The position numbers and the translations under genes are program-made. Below, one piece after another: positions 29,728 to 41,500 of a DNA stretch of 64,000 bases. A model generated the notes under the pieces. That model saw nothing but the letters and a program-made list of their open reading frames with translations. It made no database searches and had not been told where the DNA came from. Source of the stretch: an uncultured Hyphomicrobiales bacterium (lineage in GTDB: Bacteria > Bacteroidota > Ignavibacteria > Kapaibacteriales > UBA2268). Position 1 is the stretch's first letter; the number at the start of each line of letters is the position of its first letter. The stretch lies in NCBI GenBank assembly GCA_964513465.1, contig CAZEMR010000001.1, positions 81,037-145,036 of the forward strand. The letters run 5' to 3'.

Positions 29728-30720
29728 TTATAAAATCTCATTGAATATTTTTTCGCTGATTTTCTTGTGATCTTCGTCAAGCCGGGCGCCATACTGCGAT
29801 ACAACCCGCGAAGCGGCGTATGATGCCAGATGGCCGGCTTTTTCGGCTGTGCCGTTGTGGATCATACCATAGAAGAATCCCGCGGCGTACATGTCGCCGG
29901 CGCCGGTGCTGTCCACCGGACGTGTCTGATAGGCGGGGATCAGCAATTCGTGGCGGCCGTATTTGATCATCGAGCCGCGTTCGCTCATGGTGACGATAAC
30001 ATTTGGCACCCGGTCGGTCAGTGCGCGGTATGCTTCTTCGACGCTGCCGGTGCGTGTGAAGGACTGTGCTTCGGTTTCATTGCAGAATACGAGATCGGAT
30101 TTCGAAACAACCTCGTCGAGGCCAACGCGGAAAGACTCGGTGATGAAATAATCCGAGAATGTGACGGCGACGCGCGTATCGTGCTTTTTGGCAATTTGCA
30201 GTGCTTTCATGATTGCGTTGGTGCTTTTCTCGAGCGAGAATTTATAGCCCTCTATATATAACCATTTGGAATTTTTGATGATTTCCTCGTCGATGTGCTC
30301 CTCGCCGAAGTGGGAAGTAGCGCCGAGATAGGTCAGCATAGTCCGCTCGGAATCCGGAGTAATCAACACAAAGCTGGCGCCGGTGGGCTCGTCGTCGACA
30401 AAAGGAGCGCGCAGAACGATGCCAAGATCGCGGAATTCCTGAGCGTAGAACTGGCCGAGAACGTCATTGCCAAGCACTGTTTTATAAGCGCTTTTGCCGC
30501 CGAATGCCGAAAATGCGATGACTGTATTCGCCGCCGAGCCGCCGCTGCATTTGTGATGCTCGTTGTCGGACAGTTTTTCGATCAAATTTGCGTGTACATC
30601 CATATCCACGAGCGTCATGTGTCCCTTTTCGTAGCCGATTTCCTTAAGCTGAAGCTCGCTTACGTCGAACTGAAAATCAACCAGCGCATTACCCAATCCG
30701 CAAAGATCTATGTTTTTCAT
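29728..30720 (-). CDS. PfkB family carbohydrate/nucleoside kinase (adenosine kinase-like)
   Basis: GNALVD, GGSAANT, ERTM.T.LGA, N..EA, DSTGAGD. Confidence 0.92.
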   Translation of the reverse strand: MKNIDLCGLGNALVDFQFDVSELQLKEIGYEKGHMTLVDMDVHANLIEKLSDNEHHKCSGGSAANTVIAFSAFGGKSAYKTVLGNDVLGQFYAQEFRDLGIVLRAPFVDDEPTGASFVLITPDSERTMLTYLGATSHFGEEHIDEEIIKNSKWLYIEGYKFSLEKSTNAIMKALQIAKKHDTRVAVTFSDYFITESFRVGLDEVVSKSDLVFCNETEAQSFTRTGSVEEAYRALTDRVPNVIVTMSERGSMIKYGRHELLIPAYQTRPVDSTGAGDMYAAGFFYGMIHNGTAEKAGHLASYAASRVVSQYGARLDEDHKKISEKIFNEIL

Positions 30721-30731
30721 CAATTTACTCC

Positions 30732-31763
30732 TTATTCCTGATTATCATTTTTATTTAATGCCAAATTAATAATTTTTTCGCAAAGTTCGGGGAATTCCGT
30801 TCCGGCGGTGCGTGAAGCCATCGGCACAAGACTCGTGGCGGTGAAGCCGGGAATTGTGTTTACTTCGAGGCAGAACGGCTGGCCTTCTTCGTCGAGCCGG
30901 AAATCCACGCGGCCGAATCCCTCGCATCCGAGCACATTATAGGCGGTGTCGGCCATGCCCTGGATGAATTCCGTGACGTCGTCTGTGATTTCGGCGGGGC
31001 AGACGTATTCGGTTTTGCCTTTGGTGTATTTATGTTCGTAGTCGTAGTAGCCCTCTTCGGGGATTATTTCGATGACCGGCAGTACAGTATCGCCGACGAC
31101 GGATACCGTCAGCTCGCGGCCCTCGATGAATTTTTCCGCAAGCGCGCGGTCGGAATATTTGAATGCCTTGCGTATGCCTTCGTTGATGTCGTCCAGATTG
31201 CCATCGCGAATTATTGTGATCCCGATAGTCGAGCCCTGGTCATTGGGCTTGATTACCATTTCCGGACCTATCTCGCTGCGAAGCTCTTCGAGAATATCGT
31301 AATCATCGATATATTCTTTGCGAAGTGTAGCCCACTGCGGAGTCGGAATTCCAGCGGAGAGGAACATCATTTTGGACGAAATTTTATCCATCGCAAGGCT
31401 GCTCGCCTTTACCTGGCTGCCGGTGAAGGGGATGCCTCGCATTTTCAGCAACGACTGAATAGTGCCGTCTTCGCCCCATTTTCCGTGGAGCACAAGGAAT
31501 GCGACATCGACGTCATCGAAAAGCGGCGAATTGACGCATTCGATCAGCCGGCGCGGAGAGAATCCCGCCAGCATTTCTTCGTCAGGAATTTGCGATATTG
31601 TGGCGAGTTCCTCGCCATTTCGAAGACCGTCGGCACCATAAGCCGGGTCGATAGCCAATACGTCATGACCTTTGGAGCGGAGGGCATCTACTACTGCCCG
31701 GCCGCCTGCGATCGATACATTTCTTTCGGGAGATATTCCGCCGAATAATACAGCAATTTTCAT
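30732..31763 (-). CDS. ddl: D-alanine--D-alanine ligase
   Basis: GGISPERNVS, LHGKWGEDG, YDYEHKY, EVNTIPG. Confidence 0.96.
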   Translation of the reverse strand: MKIAVLFGGISPERNVSIAGGRAVVDALRSKGHDVLAIDPAYGADGLRNGEELATISQIPDEEMLAGFSPRRLIECVNSPLFDDVDVAFLVLHGKWGEDGTIQSLLKMRGIPFTGSQVKASSLAMDKISSKMMFLSAGIPTPQWATLRKEYIDDYDILEELRSEIGPEMVIKPNDQGSTIGITIIRDGNLDDINEGIRKAFKYSDRALAEKFIEGRELTVSVVGDTVLPVIEIIPEEGYYDYEHKYTKGKTEYVCPAEITDDVTEFIQGMADTAYNVLGCEGFGRVDFRLDEEGQPFCLEVNTIPGFTATSLVPMASRTAGTEFPELCEKIINLALNKNDNQE

Positions 31764-31796
31764 ATTATTTTCCCTTATTTATATATCATTTATATA

Positions 31797-32558
<762 letters not shown>

Positions 32559-32707
32559 ATCAGAATGTTCTTTTTATTAAATTGGAAAATACAAAAATAT
32601 GGCTAATCAAAATGTAATACAAACCTAATGAAAAATTCGCATCGGGATAAACAAGATCGTAAATAATTCGTCATAATGGCGAAATGCTATAAATATATTG
32701 CAGATCA

Positions 32708-34153
32708 ATGGGAAATCTTCTGATAATCATATTTTTCTCGAGTTGGGTGGGAATATTCCATATTTTCAAAGTGAGCACGTATGGAGTTACCTTCCTCGAT
32801 CTGTTTACTCTTGCCATATATATATTATTCGCCGGACGTTTGATATGGAAAGCCGAGGTATATAAATTTACTGGTAATCCTGCTATAGCCGCGCTAATTA
32901 TATTCAGCATCCTCGTATTGATTTCGGGCCTTAATCCTTTGATATTCCCAATTGGCGGCAATCAGATGCAGTTCATGAAGACCTCGCTGCATTTCTATTT
33001 TCTGATAGGATTTACTCTGGTTTGCGCAGTATATCCGTTCGAAGAAAAGACCTGGACCCGCATGATCCGCCTGTGGCTTATCACTGCTTTGCTTTTAAAT
33101 ATTTTCGGCGTATACCAGGTATTCGCCCGTGCTTACGATCTGCCTTTTGCATGGCTCGATATCGTTAATGCCAGTCTTTCGCACCGCGGAGAAGTCTCCG
33201 ACACTTATCGTCAGCTAAGCATCAGCTTCAAGGATTTCTACCGGGCAACCTCGATTTATTCGGAACCATCGGCGCTTGCTGCTTTCAATGTATATATAAT
33301 CGCACTTCTTGTTGTACCCCTTATTCAGAAAAGTAAACCGTTTTTCGAATCAAAATTATTGCTTTGGATAATGATTGCTTTCGCCGTTCTGGCCGAATTT
33401 TTGGCGCTTTCGATGACCGGTTTTATCGGCCTTTTCGGTGTGCTTATGGTAATGCTGCTGATCGAAAAGCGATTCCGGCTCCGGCAATTGCTGATATTTT
33501 TTGCAATACTCGCATCATTGCTTCTGGCGGCAGATATTATCGCCGTCCGTCAGTTTAACGTCAGCGTTATCGACCTGTTTTATAGCCGCATCAGCGGGAT
33601 TATCAATACTCTTATGGGAGATTCCCAGAGCCAGATTTCCGGCGAATCGCTCAGCGGGCGTCTGGAATCCCTCGGCATTGCGTATCGGATGTGGATCGCT
33701 TATCCTGTGTTTGGCGTGGGAATGGGATTGACACAATATTATAACGATGCGGGCAGGGTATTTCTCGAAAATGCCGCAGCCGTTGTGCTTGCCGAACTCG
33801 GCACGGTAGGGTTCATGTTTTTCGTCGCTATTTTCGTAATACTGGCTTATTATTCAATCAGATTCGTCAGAATGGACAAATCGGGCTTATCCCCGGAAAC
33901 CGCCCGTCTGGCCGGAGTAATTATTTATTTGCTGGTCAATATCATTCTGAATAATTTCATCACAGTCAATAATCTCGTGACCGCAGGGATGTGGCTGCCT
34001 CTGGGAATTGTTTTCGGAGTAATCAATCTGGTCCGCCGCAGTCAAAATGTCAATCTTTATGCCTTCCGGCTTACCCACCAGCCATACAGAAATAAATTTG
34101 CGAAATTTATTAATCAATATTTGACAAATAATGCCGAAAAGCTAAGTAAATAG
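32708..34153 (+). CDS. O-antigen ligase/polymerase (Wzy_C-like) membrane protein
   Basis: About 11-12 TMs; R..S..SEPS, SGR...W...P.FGVG.G, LAELG..G. Confidence 0.75.
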   Translation: MGNLLIIIFFSSWVGIFHIFKVSTYGVTFLDLFTLAIYILFAGRLIWKAEVYKFTGNPAIAALIIFSILVLISGLNPLIFPIGGNQMQFMKTSLHFYFLIGFTLVCAVYPFEEKTWTRMIRLWLITALLLNIFGVYQVFARAYDLPFAWLDIVNASLSHRGEVSDTYRQLSISFKDFYRATSIYSEPSALAAFNVYIIALLVVPLIQKSKPFFESKLLLWIMIAFAVLAEFLALSMTGFIGLFGVLMVMLLIEKRFRLRQLLIFFAILASLLLAADIIAVRQFNVSVIDLFYSRISGIINTLMGDSQSQISGESLSGRLESLGIAYRMWIAYPVFGVGMGLTQYYNDAGRVFLENAAAVVLAELGTVGFMFFVAIFVILAYYSIRFVRMDKSGLSPETARLAGVIIYLLVNIILNNFITVNNLVTAGMWLPLGIVFGVINLVRRSQNVNLYAFRLTHQPYRNKFAKFINQYLTNNAEKLSK

Positions 34154-34268
34154 CCGTTTCGCAGTGTATTTGCATTAATTTATTTTCACATGAATGTTTT
34201 TTAAATTTTTGGGTTCATTTTTTATTATATTACCTATTGAATAACTTTATAACCCCGGGTGAAACCGC

Positions 34269-35051
34269 ATGAGCAATGTGCTGACCAAATACAAAGAAGA
34301 CGTAACCGATGTTTTCGGACTCGGAGTCGAAGTACTGAACGTTGCCAGATCACTGAAGAACATCAGCATGGATATCAAGTTGCTGGCTTATAACGGAATA
34401 GTACAGGCCGCGCGGATCGGCAGCGACCAGGGCAAATCGCTTATTACCCTGTCCGGATTCCTTTCCGATCTTCCGTCGCAGATCGCCCCGGAGTTAGAGG
34501 ATATGGAAGACCTTACGCGGACTTTGTCTACTCGCATTACGGTGGCCTCTATTCTTGTCCGTCGATTTATGCTCTATACCATCGGGCTGGATAATACGCT
34601 TAAACTGCTGACCAAAGAAAACCAAAGGCTCGGTTTATCGCCTCATCTGAATTTACTGGACATCAAAGACCTTCAGGAAATTATCTCCAATAAATATCCA
34701 GACGCTGTCAGCCGCGAGCATCAGATAAATATCCGGCGACTCGCCAAAAGAAATATGGACCTGATGAACGAACTCAACGAAAAGCTTTCCGCCGCTCAGG
34801 CGATCATTGTGCACTCGCGCAAAAAAATTGAACGCATTCGCCGCAGCGGTTTTATTGCCAACTATATGGGTTCGAATATATCTATCGAATCGTCTTATCT
34901 TTCGGGCAATCATTCATCATTTATCGGGCTGGTCAGCAATATCAAGAATATGGTCGATATGCTCAACGAGCGGCTGGATATTATGCTCGACAAAATCAAT
35001 AAAGGCGAAAAAGTGCTCTCAAATTTAATCAAAACAAGGATCGTGAAATGA
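34269..35051 (+). CDS. Soluble protein with two degenerate MCP signalling hairpin-tip motifs
   Basis: aa 38-62 LLAYNGIVQAARIGSDQGKSLITLS and aa 199-228 YMGSNISIESSYLSGNHSSFIGLVSNIKNM both align to [30 protein letters not shown]. No TM or sensor domain seen. Confidence 0.65.
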   Translation: MSNVLTKYKEDVTDVFGLGVEVLNVARSLKNISMDIKLLAYNGIVQAARIGSDQGKSLITLSGFLSDLPSQIAPELEDMEDLTRTLSTRITVASILVRRFMLYTIGLDNTLKLLTKENQRLGLSPHLNLLDIKDLQEIISNKYPDAVSREHQINIRRLAKRNMDLMNELNEKLSAAQAIIVHSRKKIERIRRSGFIANYMGSNISIESSYLSGNHSSFIGLVSNIKNMVDMLNERLDIMLDKINKGEKVLSNLIKTRIVK

Positions 35052-35854
35052 AAAGTCGTGTAATTTTCGAAGATGACGATCATAAATGGGTAGTGATCGG
35101 TCGCGATGATGAAAAAGAAAAAGAAGTGATCGACACCAATGAATATATTATAATCCACAAAGACCAGGCCATGCTGCTCGATCCCGGTGGAACAGCAATA
35201 TTTCCGCAGGTATTGACCGAGCTGACCCGCTATGTTGATACTCAGAATATCCGCGTGATTCTGGCAAGCCACCAGGATCCGGACATCGCCTCGTCGCTGG
35301 CAATGTGGCTCGACCTGTGCGAAGACGTCAAAGTTTATTGCTCGTGGCTGTGGACCGGCTTTATTTCGCATTTCGGAATGGGCACTACTCTGAAGCTCAA
35401 TATAATCCCGGACGAAGGCATGGAGCTTGCCATCGGTTCGACACGACAGATGATATATCTGGTGCCTGCGCATTTCTGCCACTCCTCGGGCAATTTTTCG
35501 TGCTATGATCCCCGTGCGGATATATTATTCAGCGGCGATATAGGCGCGGCGCTACTTTCCAGCGCCGAGGCTCCGCTATTTGTCGAAAATTTCGATGAAC
35601 ATATTCAATATATGAAAGAATTTCATGAGCGCTGGATGCCCTCCGATGAACACAAAAACAGATGGGTACAGCGCATCCGTGCTATCAATCCATCGATGAT
35701 CTGTCCCCAGCACGGATCGATTTTCCGAGGTGAGAATGTGGGGCGCTTCCTCGATTGGTTCGAAAGCCTGAGCGTGGGCAACTGGGATATTAACCAGACT
35801 GATAATGCCATGGACAAGGCAGTCTGGATGAAGTGGCTTTCCGGCAAATCATAA
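35048..35854 (+). CDS. ODP-type oxygen-binding di-iron protein (MBL fold, flavodiiron-like without a flavodoxin domain)
   Basis: LLDPGG, SHQDPDI, PAHFCHSSGNF..YD, LFSGDIG, CPQHG; ATGA overlap with the upstream gene. Confidence 0.85.
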   Translation: MKSRVIFEDDDHKWVVIGRDDEKEKEVIDTNEYIIIHKDQAMLLDPGGTAIFPQVLTELTRYVDTQNIRVILASHQDPDIASSLAMWLDLCEDVKVYCSWLWTGFISHFGMGTTLKLNIIPDEGMELAIGSTRQMIYLVPAHFCHSSGNFSCYDPRADILFSGDIGAALLSSAEAPLFVENFDEHIQYMKEFHERWMPSDEHKNRWVQRIRAINPSMICPQHGSIFRGENVGRFLDWFESLSVGNWDINQTDNAMDKAVWMKWLSGKS

Positions 35855-35878
35855 TCATTGATTTTCAGAGAATTAATA

Positions 35879-35917
35879 AGAAAGCCGTTCTAATATCAGG
35901 ACGGCTTTTCTGTTTTT
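35879..35917 (+). terminator. Intrinsic terminator after the ODP gene
   Basis: AGAAAGCCGTTC-TAATATCA-GGACGGCTTTTCT followed by GTTTTT. Confidence 0.75.
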
Positions 35918-35971
35918 AGCAGAAAATGATTATTTTTAAGTAAATTATTAATCCTAATTAGTTTCAAGCAT

Positions 35972-36577
35972 ATGAAAATATTAGTTGGTACAAATAATCC
36001 GCACAAAGTAGCAGAGATCAAAGCAATTTTTTCCCAGATTCTCGATCGGGAAGTCGAATTGCTTACTCCGAAAGACCTGAATCTGATCGATACAAATATT
36101 GAGGAAACCGGCGCCACACTCGAAGAAAACGCACGCATCAAAGCGGCCGAATTCCACCGAATGTGCGGACTGCCGGCGTTTGCCGACGACACAGGACTCG
36201 AAATAGACGCACTCGAAGGACGCCCGGGAGTGCTCTCGGCCAGATTCGCAGGGCCGGAATCAGACGATGCCCGCAATCGCGAGAAAACTCTCCGGCTAAT
36301 GCAAGGGCTGCGCCGCGAAGAACGTACTGCGCGATTCCGCACCGTATTCTGCTACATAGATAAAGATGAGATTAATTACGTCGACGGCGAATGCCCGGGA
36401 ATTATTACCTTCGAAGAAAGGGGAGATCAGGGATTCGGCTACGACCCCATATTTATGCCCGAAGGCGAGGAACGCACATTTGCGGAAATGAGCGCAGACG
36501 AGAAAAACCGCATCAGTCATAGATTCCGTGCAGCCGAAAAGCTCGCGATATTTCTGAAAGAAAACATTATCAAGTAA
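35972..36577 (+). CDS. rdgB: Non-canonical purine NTP pyrophosphatase (dITP/XTP)
   Basis: TNNPHK..E, ENARIKA, ADDTGL, PGV.SAR, GFGYDP, KN.ISHR. Confidence 0.96.
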   Translation: MKILVGTNNPHKVAEIKAIFSQILDREVELLTPKDLNLIDTNIEETGATLEENARIKAAEFHRMCGLPAFADDTGLEIDALEGRPGVLSARFAGPESDDARNREKTLRLMQGLRREERTARFRTVFCYIDKDEINYVDGECPGIITFEERGDQGFGYDPIFMPEGEERTFAEMSADEKNRISHRFRAAEKLAIFLKENIIK

Positions 36578-36604
36578 ATTATATAAGCAATTGAAATACA
36601 TATC

Positions 36605-38449
36605 ATGAAAAAAGATTTCAAAGAGGCTCTAATATCAGATGTTCTGTTGTTCGACGGAGGCATGGGCACCGAATTATACAAGCTTGGCGTATTCATTAAT
36701 AAATGCTTCGATGAGCTGAACCTGAGCAATCCGGCGCTCGTCGGGCAGGTGCATCAAAGCTATAAGGATGCCGGCGCTGATGTAATCGAAACTAATACTT
36801 TTGGCGCTAATAGTTTCAAGCTGCGTCTGCACCAGCTTGACGACAAAGTTTACGAAATCAACAGACGCGGCGCAGAAATTGCCCGTAAAATCGCAGAAGA
36901 CGATATTTATGTGGCCGGTGCAGTCGGGCCGCTTGGAGTCCAGATTGAGCCGCTCGGGCCGCTTTCGCGCGATGAAGCCCGGCAGGCATTCGAAGAGCAG
37001 ATTAAAGGGCTATGCGAGGGCGGAGTTGATGCGCTTATTTTCGAAACCTTCACATATCCCGATGAATTGAATCAGGCGGTGGCCGCTGCCCGAAATGTAT
37101 GCGATCTGCCGGTGATTGCCCAACTAACGATAAAGGAAGACGCCACAACCCTGACAGGCGCCCGACCGGAATATATTATTAAAGAGCTCGAGCAATTCGG
37201 CGCCGACGCCATCGGCATCAACTGCACTGTCGGTCCGCAGGTGATGCTCCAGTGGCTCGACGAGGCGCGGCGGATCACAAGACTTCCGCTATCGGTAATG
37301 CCGAATGCCGGCAAGCCCAAAAATATCGAGGGCCGGAATATTTATCTTACATCGCCGGAATATATGGGCGAATACGCCCGGCATTTTATTAAGGCCGGGG
37401 CTAATATAATCGGTGGCTGCTGCGGTACTTCGCCCGAGCATATCAAAAGAATGCGGAATTCGATCCGCTCGTTACAGCCCAAAATGCTGCAAACGGAAAT
37501 CATTGATATTAAAAAATATTCAAGCGATAAATCCGAACCTATCCCATCGAACAGGAAATCGCGTCTGGCCCGGCGCCTCAGCGAAGGGCATTTTGTTACT
37601 TTTGTCGAACTCCTTGCGCCGCATGGTGTTGCCTCTGAAAAGGAGATCGAAAAAGCCCGTGAACTGTTTTATTTTGGTGTCGATGTCATAAATATTCCTG
37701 ATGGTCCGCGAGCCAGCGCCCGTATGTCGGCGCTGTCGCTGGCGGTACAGATTCAGCGGGATGTGGGCATCGAAACCGTGCTGCATTACGTATGCCGCGA
37801 CAGGAATGTAATTGGTATCCAGTCCGATTTGCTTGGCGCGTATGCGCTCGGCGTTAAGAATATCCTGGCTATTACCGGCGATCCGCCCAAGCTGGGCAAT
37901 TATCCCGATGCCACCGGTGTGTTCGATGTGGATTCAATCGGTCTTGTCAATATTCTTAACCGGCTCAATCACGGCCTGGATATTGCCGGAAACCCGATAG
38001 GCCGTCCGACGGGATTTTTTACAGGTGTAGGAGCCAATCCCGGAGCGGTAAAGATGGATCAGGAGCTGGCCCGGCTTAACTGGAAGGTCGACGCTGGCGC
38101 CGAATATATAATCACCCAGCCTGTATTCGAGCGCGAATTATTCGAAGATTTCATGAATAAAATTCATCATATCAAAATTCCGGTGATTGCGGGAATATGG
38201 CCGCTTACATCTATCCGTAATGCCGAATTTATGAACAACGAAATTCCCGGCTGCTATGTGCCGGAGCCGATCATGAAGCGTCTAAGAGCATACGAGGATT
38301 CCAAAGAGGCGAGCCGCGCCGAGGGTATAGAAATTGCCCGCGAGACTCTGGAAAGCATCAAAGACATGATCGCCGGGGTTCAGCTTTCTATGCCATTCGG
38401 GCGAGTAGACACAGTGGAAAGAGTACTGAAAGGTCTTGATCTTAAGTGA
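36605..38449 (+). CDS. Bifunctional homocysteine S-methyltransferase / methylenetetrahydrofolate reductase (YitJ-like)
   Basis: DGGMGT, GINC and GGCCGT Zn ligands; C-terminal MTHFR domain H.VCRDRN, TGDP, ITQPVF. Confidence 0.93.
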   Translation: MKKDFKEALISDVLLFDGGMGTELYKLGVFINKCFDELNLSNPALVGQVHQSYKDAGADVIETNTFGANSFKLRLHQLDDKVYEINRRGAEIARKIAEDDIYVAGAVGPLGVQIEPLGPLSRDEARQAFEEQIKGLCEGGVDALIFETFTYPDELNQAVAAARNVCDLPVIAQLTIKEDATTLTGARPEYIIKELEQFGADAIGINCTVGPQVMLQWLDEARRITRLPLSVMPNAGKPKNIEGRNIYLTSPEYMGEYARHFIKAGANIIGGCCGTSPEHIKRMRNSIRSLQPKMLQTEIIDIKKYSSDKSEPIPSNRKSRLARRLSEGHFVTFVELLAPHGVASEKEIEKARELFYFGVDVINIPDGPRASARMSALSLAVQIQRDVGIETVLHYVCRDRNVIGIQSDLLGAYALGVKNILAITGDPPKLGNYPDATGVFDVDSIGLVNILNRLNHGLDIAGNPIGRPTGFFTGVGANPGAVKMDQELARLNWKVDAGAEYIITQPVFERELFEDFMNKIHHIKIPVIAGIWPLTSIRNAEFMNNEIPGCYVPEPIMKRLRAYEDSKEASRAEGIEIARETLESIKDMIAGVQLSMPFGRVDTVERVLKGLDLK

Positions 38450-38503
38450 AACGCATAATTCGTTGAAATATAATATATATAGATACTAATATCAGTTGAT
38501 AAT

Positions 38504-41500
38504 ATGGATAAAATCGCAGATCCCATACTGAGAAAATTGCGCAATTGGTTTGGCCTTCGTCATTTCAGCGAAGAAAAAGACTACGAACGACTTCGCAAGA
38601 GCATCTTTCTTCATCTGATATTTAATATCGGCAGCTTCTTCCTGATAATTTACTCAGTGCTCGCAGCATTAGAGGGGAATTATTATCTGGTGGCGTTCGA
38701 CTTCGCTACCGCATTGCTTTTGTCCGCATCGGCTTTATATTTTCGCCGCAAGGGGAATTTTCGGTTTGCGCTTTATTCCGGGCTGGCATTGGTAAGTATT
38801 TTATATATATATCTGGTTATCAGCGGAGGGGAAGCCAAAACCGGACATCTATGGATATTTACTTATCCTTTGATTGTGATGTATCTATTCGGCGGACGCG
38901 TTGGTTTGTTAATCACTATCGTATTTCTGGCGCTTGTCCATCTGACTGCATTTGCGCTGGATGTCCGGACAGTTCTGGACTTTTATTCGGACCAATATTT
39001 GTATCGTCTCGTTGGATCATTTATCGTCGTTTTTATTATTGCTTATATCTATGAATATATCCGCGAACGCACCCATCGGCGTTTCTACGATAAACGCGAT
39101 AAGCTCGAGCGAACAGTCGCAGAGCTCAGCAAAGCCGAAAGCATATTGCGCAACAGCGAGCAGAAGTTTCGCAATCTGATCGAGCATGCCCGCGATGCAA
39201 TTCTCATACTTCGCGATGGCAGGATAATATTTTCCAATTGGGCGATAGAAGAGATCACTGGCTATTCGGCTGGGGAAGTACATGGAATGCAATTTGCCGA
39301 TTTCATAACCGAAGAAGATCGATACTCGCTCGAGTATTTCATGGAGAACTTTGAAAATGACCTTCCGGGGGCCCACATAATCGAGTCAAGCGTAAGGCAT
39401 CGGCTGGGCTATAAGATAAATGTCGAACTTAATATTAATTATATTTATTACGAGCAGCAGCCAGCCCTTCAGGTTTTTATGCGCGATATTACTTCGCGCA
39501 TTCAGGCGATGGAGTCGCTCGAATCCAGCGAAAGGAAATTCCGCAGCCTGTTCGAAGCATCGGGCGATGCGATATTACTGCTCAAGGAAAATAATATTAT
39601 AGAATGTAATTCCCGATCACTTCGCTTGCTGGGTGGTAGTATTGAAGAAATCCGGAATTCGGAAATATTTGAGTACTCTCCGCCAATGCAACCCGACAGA
39701 CGAAAGTCCCGCGAGAGTATGGAAGAATTAATCGCTTTGGCGCATAATAACGAAGACGTTAATTTCGAGTGGCAATGCAGGCGCAAAGACGGAGGGCTTT
39801 TTTATGCGGATATCGGAATCACAAAGCTGAAGACCGACGGAGAGAATTTGCTGCAGATGATTATACGCGATGTTAGCTACCGTAAGCGTACCGAGGAAAT
39901 TCTCCACGAGCAGAAAGCACTGCTCGACGAGGTATTCCAGAATGTGCAGGAAGGGATCGGGATTGTGGACGAAAACGAGACTATACTGTTCTGCAACGAG
40001 GCATTCGCGCGGCTTTTCGAAAGCCCTAAAGAGAAGCTGATCGGTATGAATATACTTTCGTTTTTCGAATCCGAGGCGAGAGAGATAATCAACCAGCAGA
40101 GCAGGCTTCGGAAATCCGGCCGCATAAGCACCTACGAAATTCCGCTCAGGACCGACAGCGGCGAGCACAAGTTCGTAAGGTTCAACGTGTCTCCGAGATT
40201 CAGCCCCGAGGGCCATTTCGCCGGCGGATTTGCTGCTGTGCTCGACATAACCGCCCTGAAACAAAATGAACGGGAGCTCGAAAAATATCGCGAGCACCTC
40301 GAGCGGCTCGTATCCGAGCGCACCGCCGAACTGAACCGCTCCAACAAATATCTGCATTCGGAAATTCAGGAAAGAGTTGCCGCAGAGAAAAAGCTTTCTT
40401 TCCGACTCCGATACGAAGAGGGTCTGGCGAGCTATTCCGGATCTTTGCTTTCCGGATTCGAGGAGAATCTTCACGAAGCATTATACCATCTTCTAAATGC
40501 CTCGCAGGTCAGCCGTGTATATCTGGCCGAAAATGTCGAAGACCCCGACAAAGGCCTTGCCATGCATATTGTTCACGAAGTATGCGCTTCGGGCGTCGAA
40601 CCAACGGTTAAATCACCCGACGGATTGATAATACCATATAAATTCGGATTTGGCCGCTGGGAGGAAATCCTTCGAGAGGGCCTGCCAATGCTTGGCCATA
40701 TGGAGAGCTTCCCCGAAAACGAACGTAAGATACTCGCCGGACGTAAATTCAAATCGCTGCTGATACTTCCGATAATGGCAAATGGAAAATGGTATGGATT
40801 CCTCGGATTCGAGGATGTAGAGAAACAACGCGAGTGGAATATGGAAGCTCCGCTGCTTCAGACTGCCACCGATTTGATGGGGTCATACATAGAACGCCGT
40901 TCTTATGAGCAGAGGCTTCATCAGGCAAAGGAAGAAGCCGAGAAAATCAGTCGTCTGAAATCACAGTTTCTGGCGAATGTGTCTCACGAAATCCGAACAC
41001 CTCTGAATGGAATTATCGGATTCTCGGAAGTGATTTTATCCTCAAAAGATATTGAATCCATCAAAAATAAAACCAAGTCGATTATTTCCGAAAGCGAATC
41101 GCTGCTGCTTTTGATAAATGACATACTCGACCACGCAAAGATCGAAGCCGGCAAAACCGTGCTTGAGCCTAATCCGATGGACATAGTCTCTCTGATGGAG
41201 GAACTTGTCAGCGTGTTTTATGTGCAGGCACAGACGCGAGGACTTGATTTTGCAGTAACTGTCGAGGACAGCGTGCCGCGCTATCTGTTTTGCGACCGGC
41301 TGCGCCTGAGGCAGGTGTTGATGAATTTGCTGTCGAACGCATTTAAATTTACAAAATCGGGGTCTGTTACCATCGATGTTCGCTCGATCCGCAGAATGGG
41401 CGACAAAGTAAAACTCGCATTTGCAGTGATCGATACCGGAATAGGTATACCGCGCGAGCAGCACGAGAATATCTTCTCCAGCTTTTCGCAGGCGGACGGT

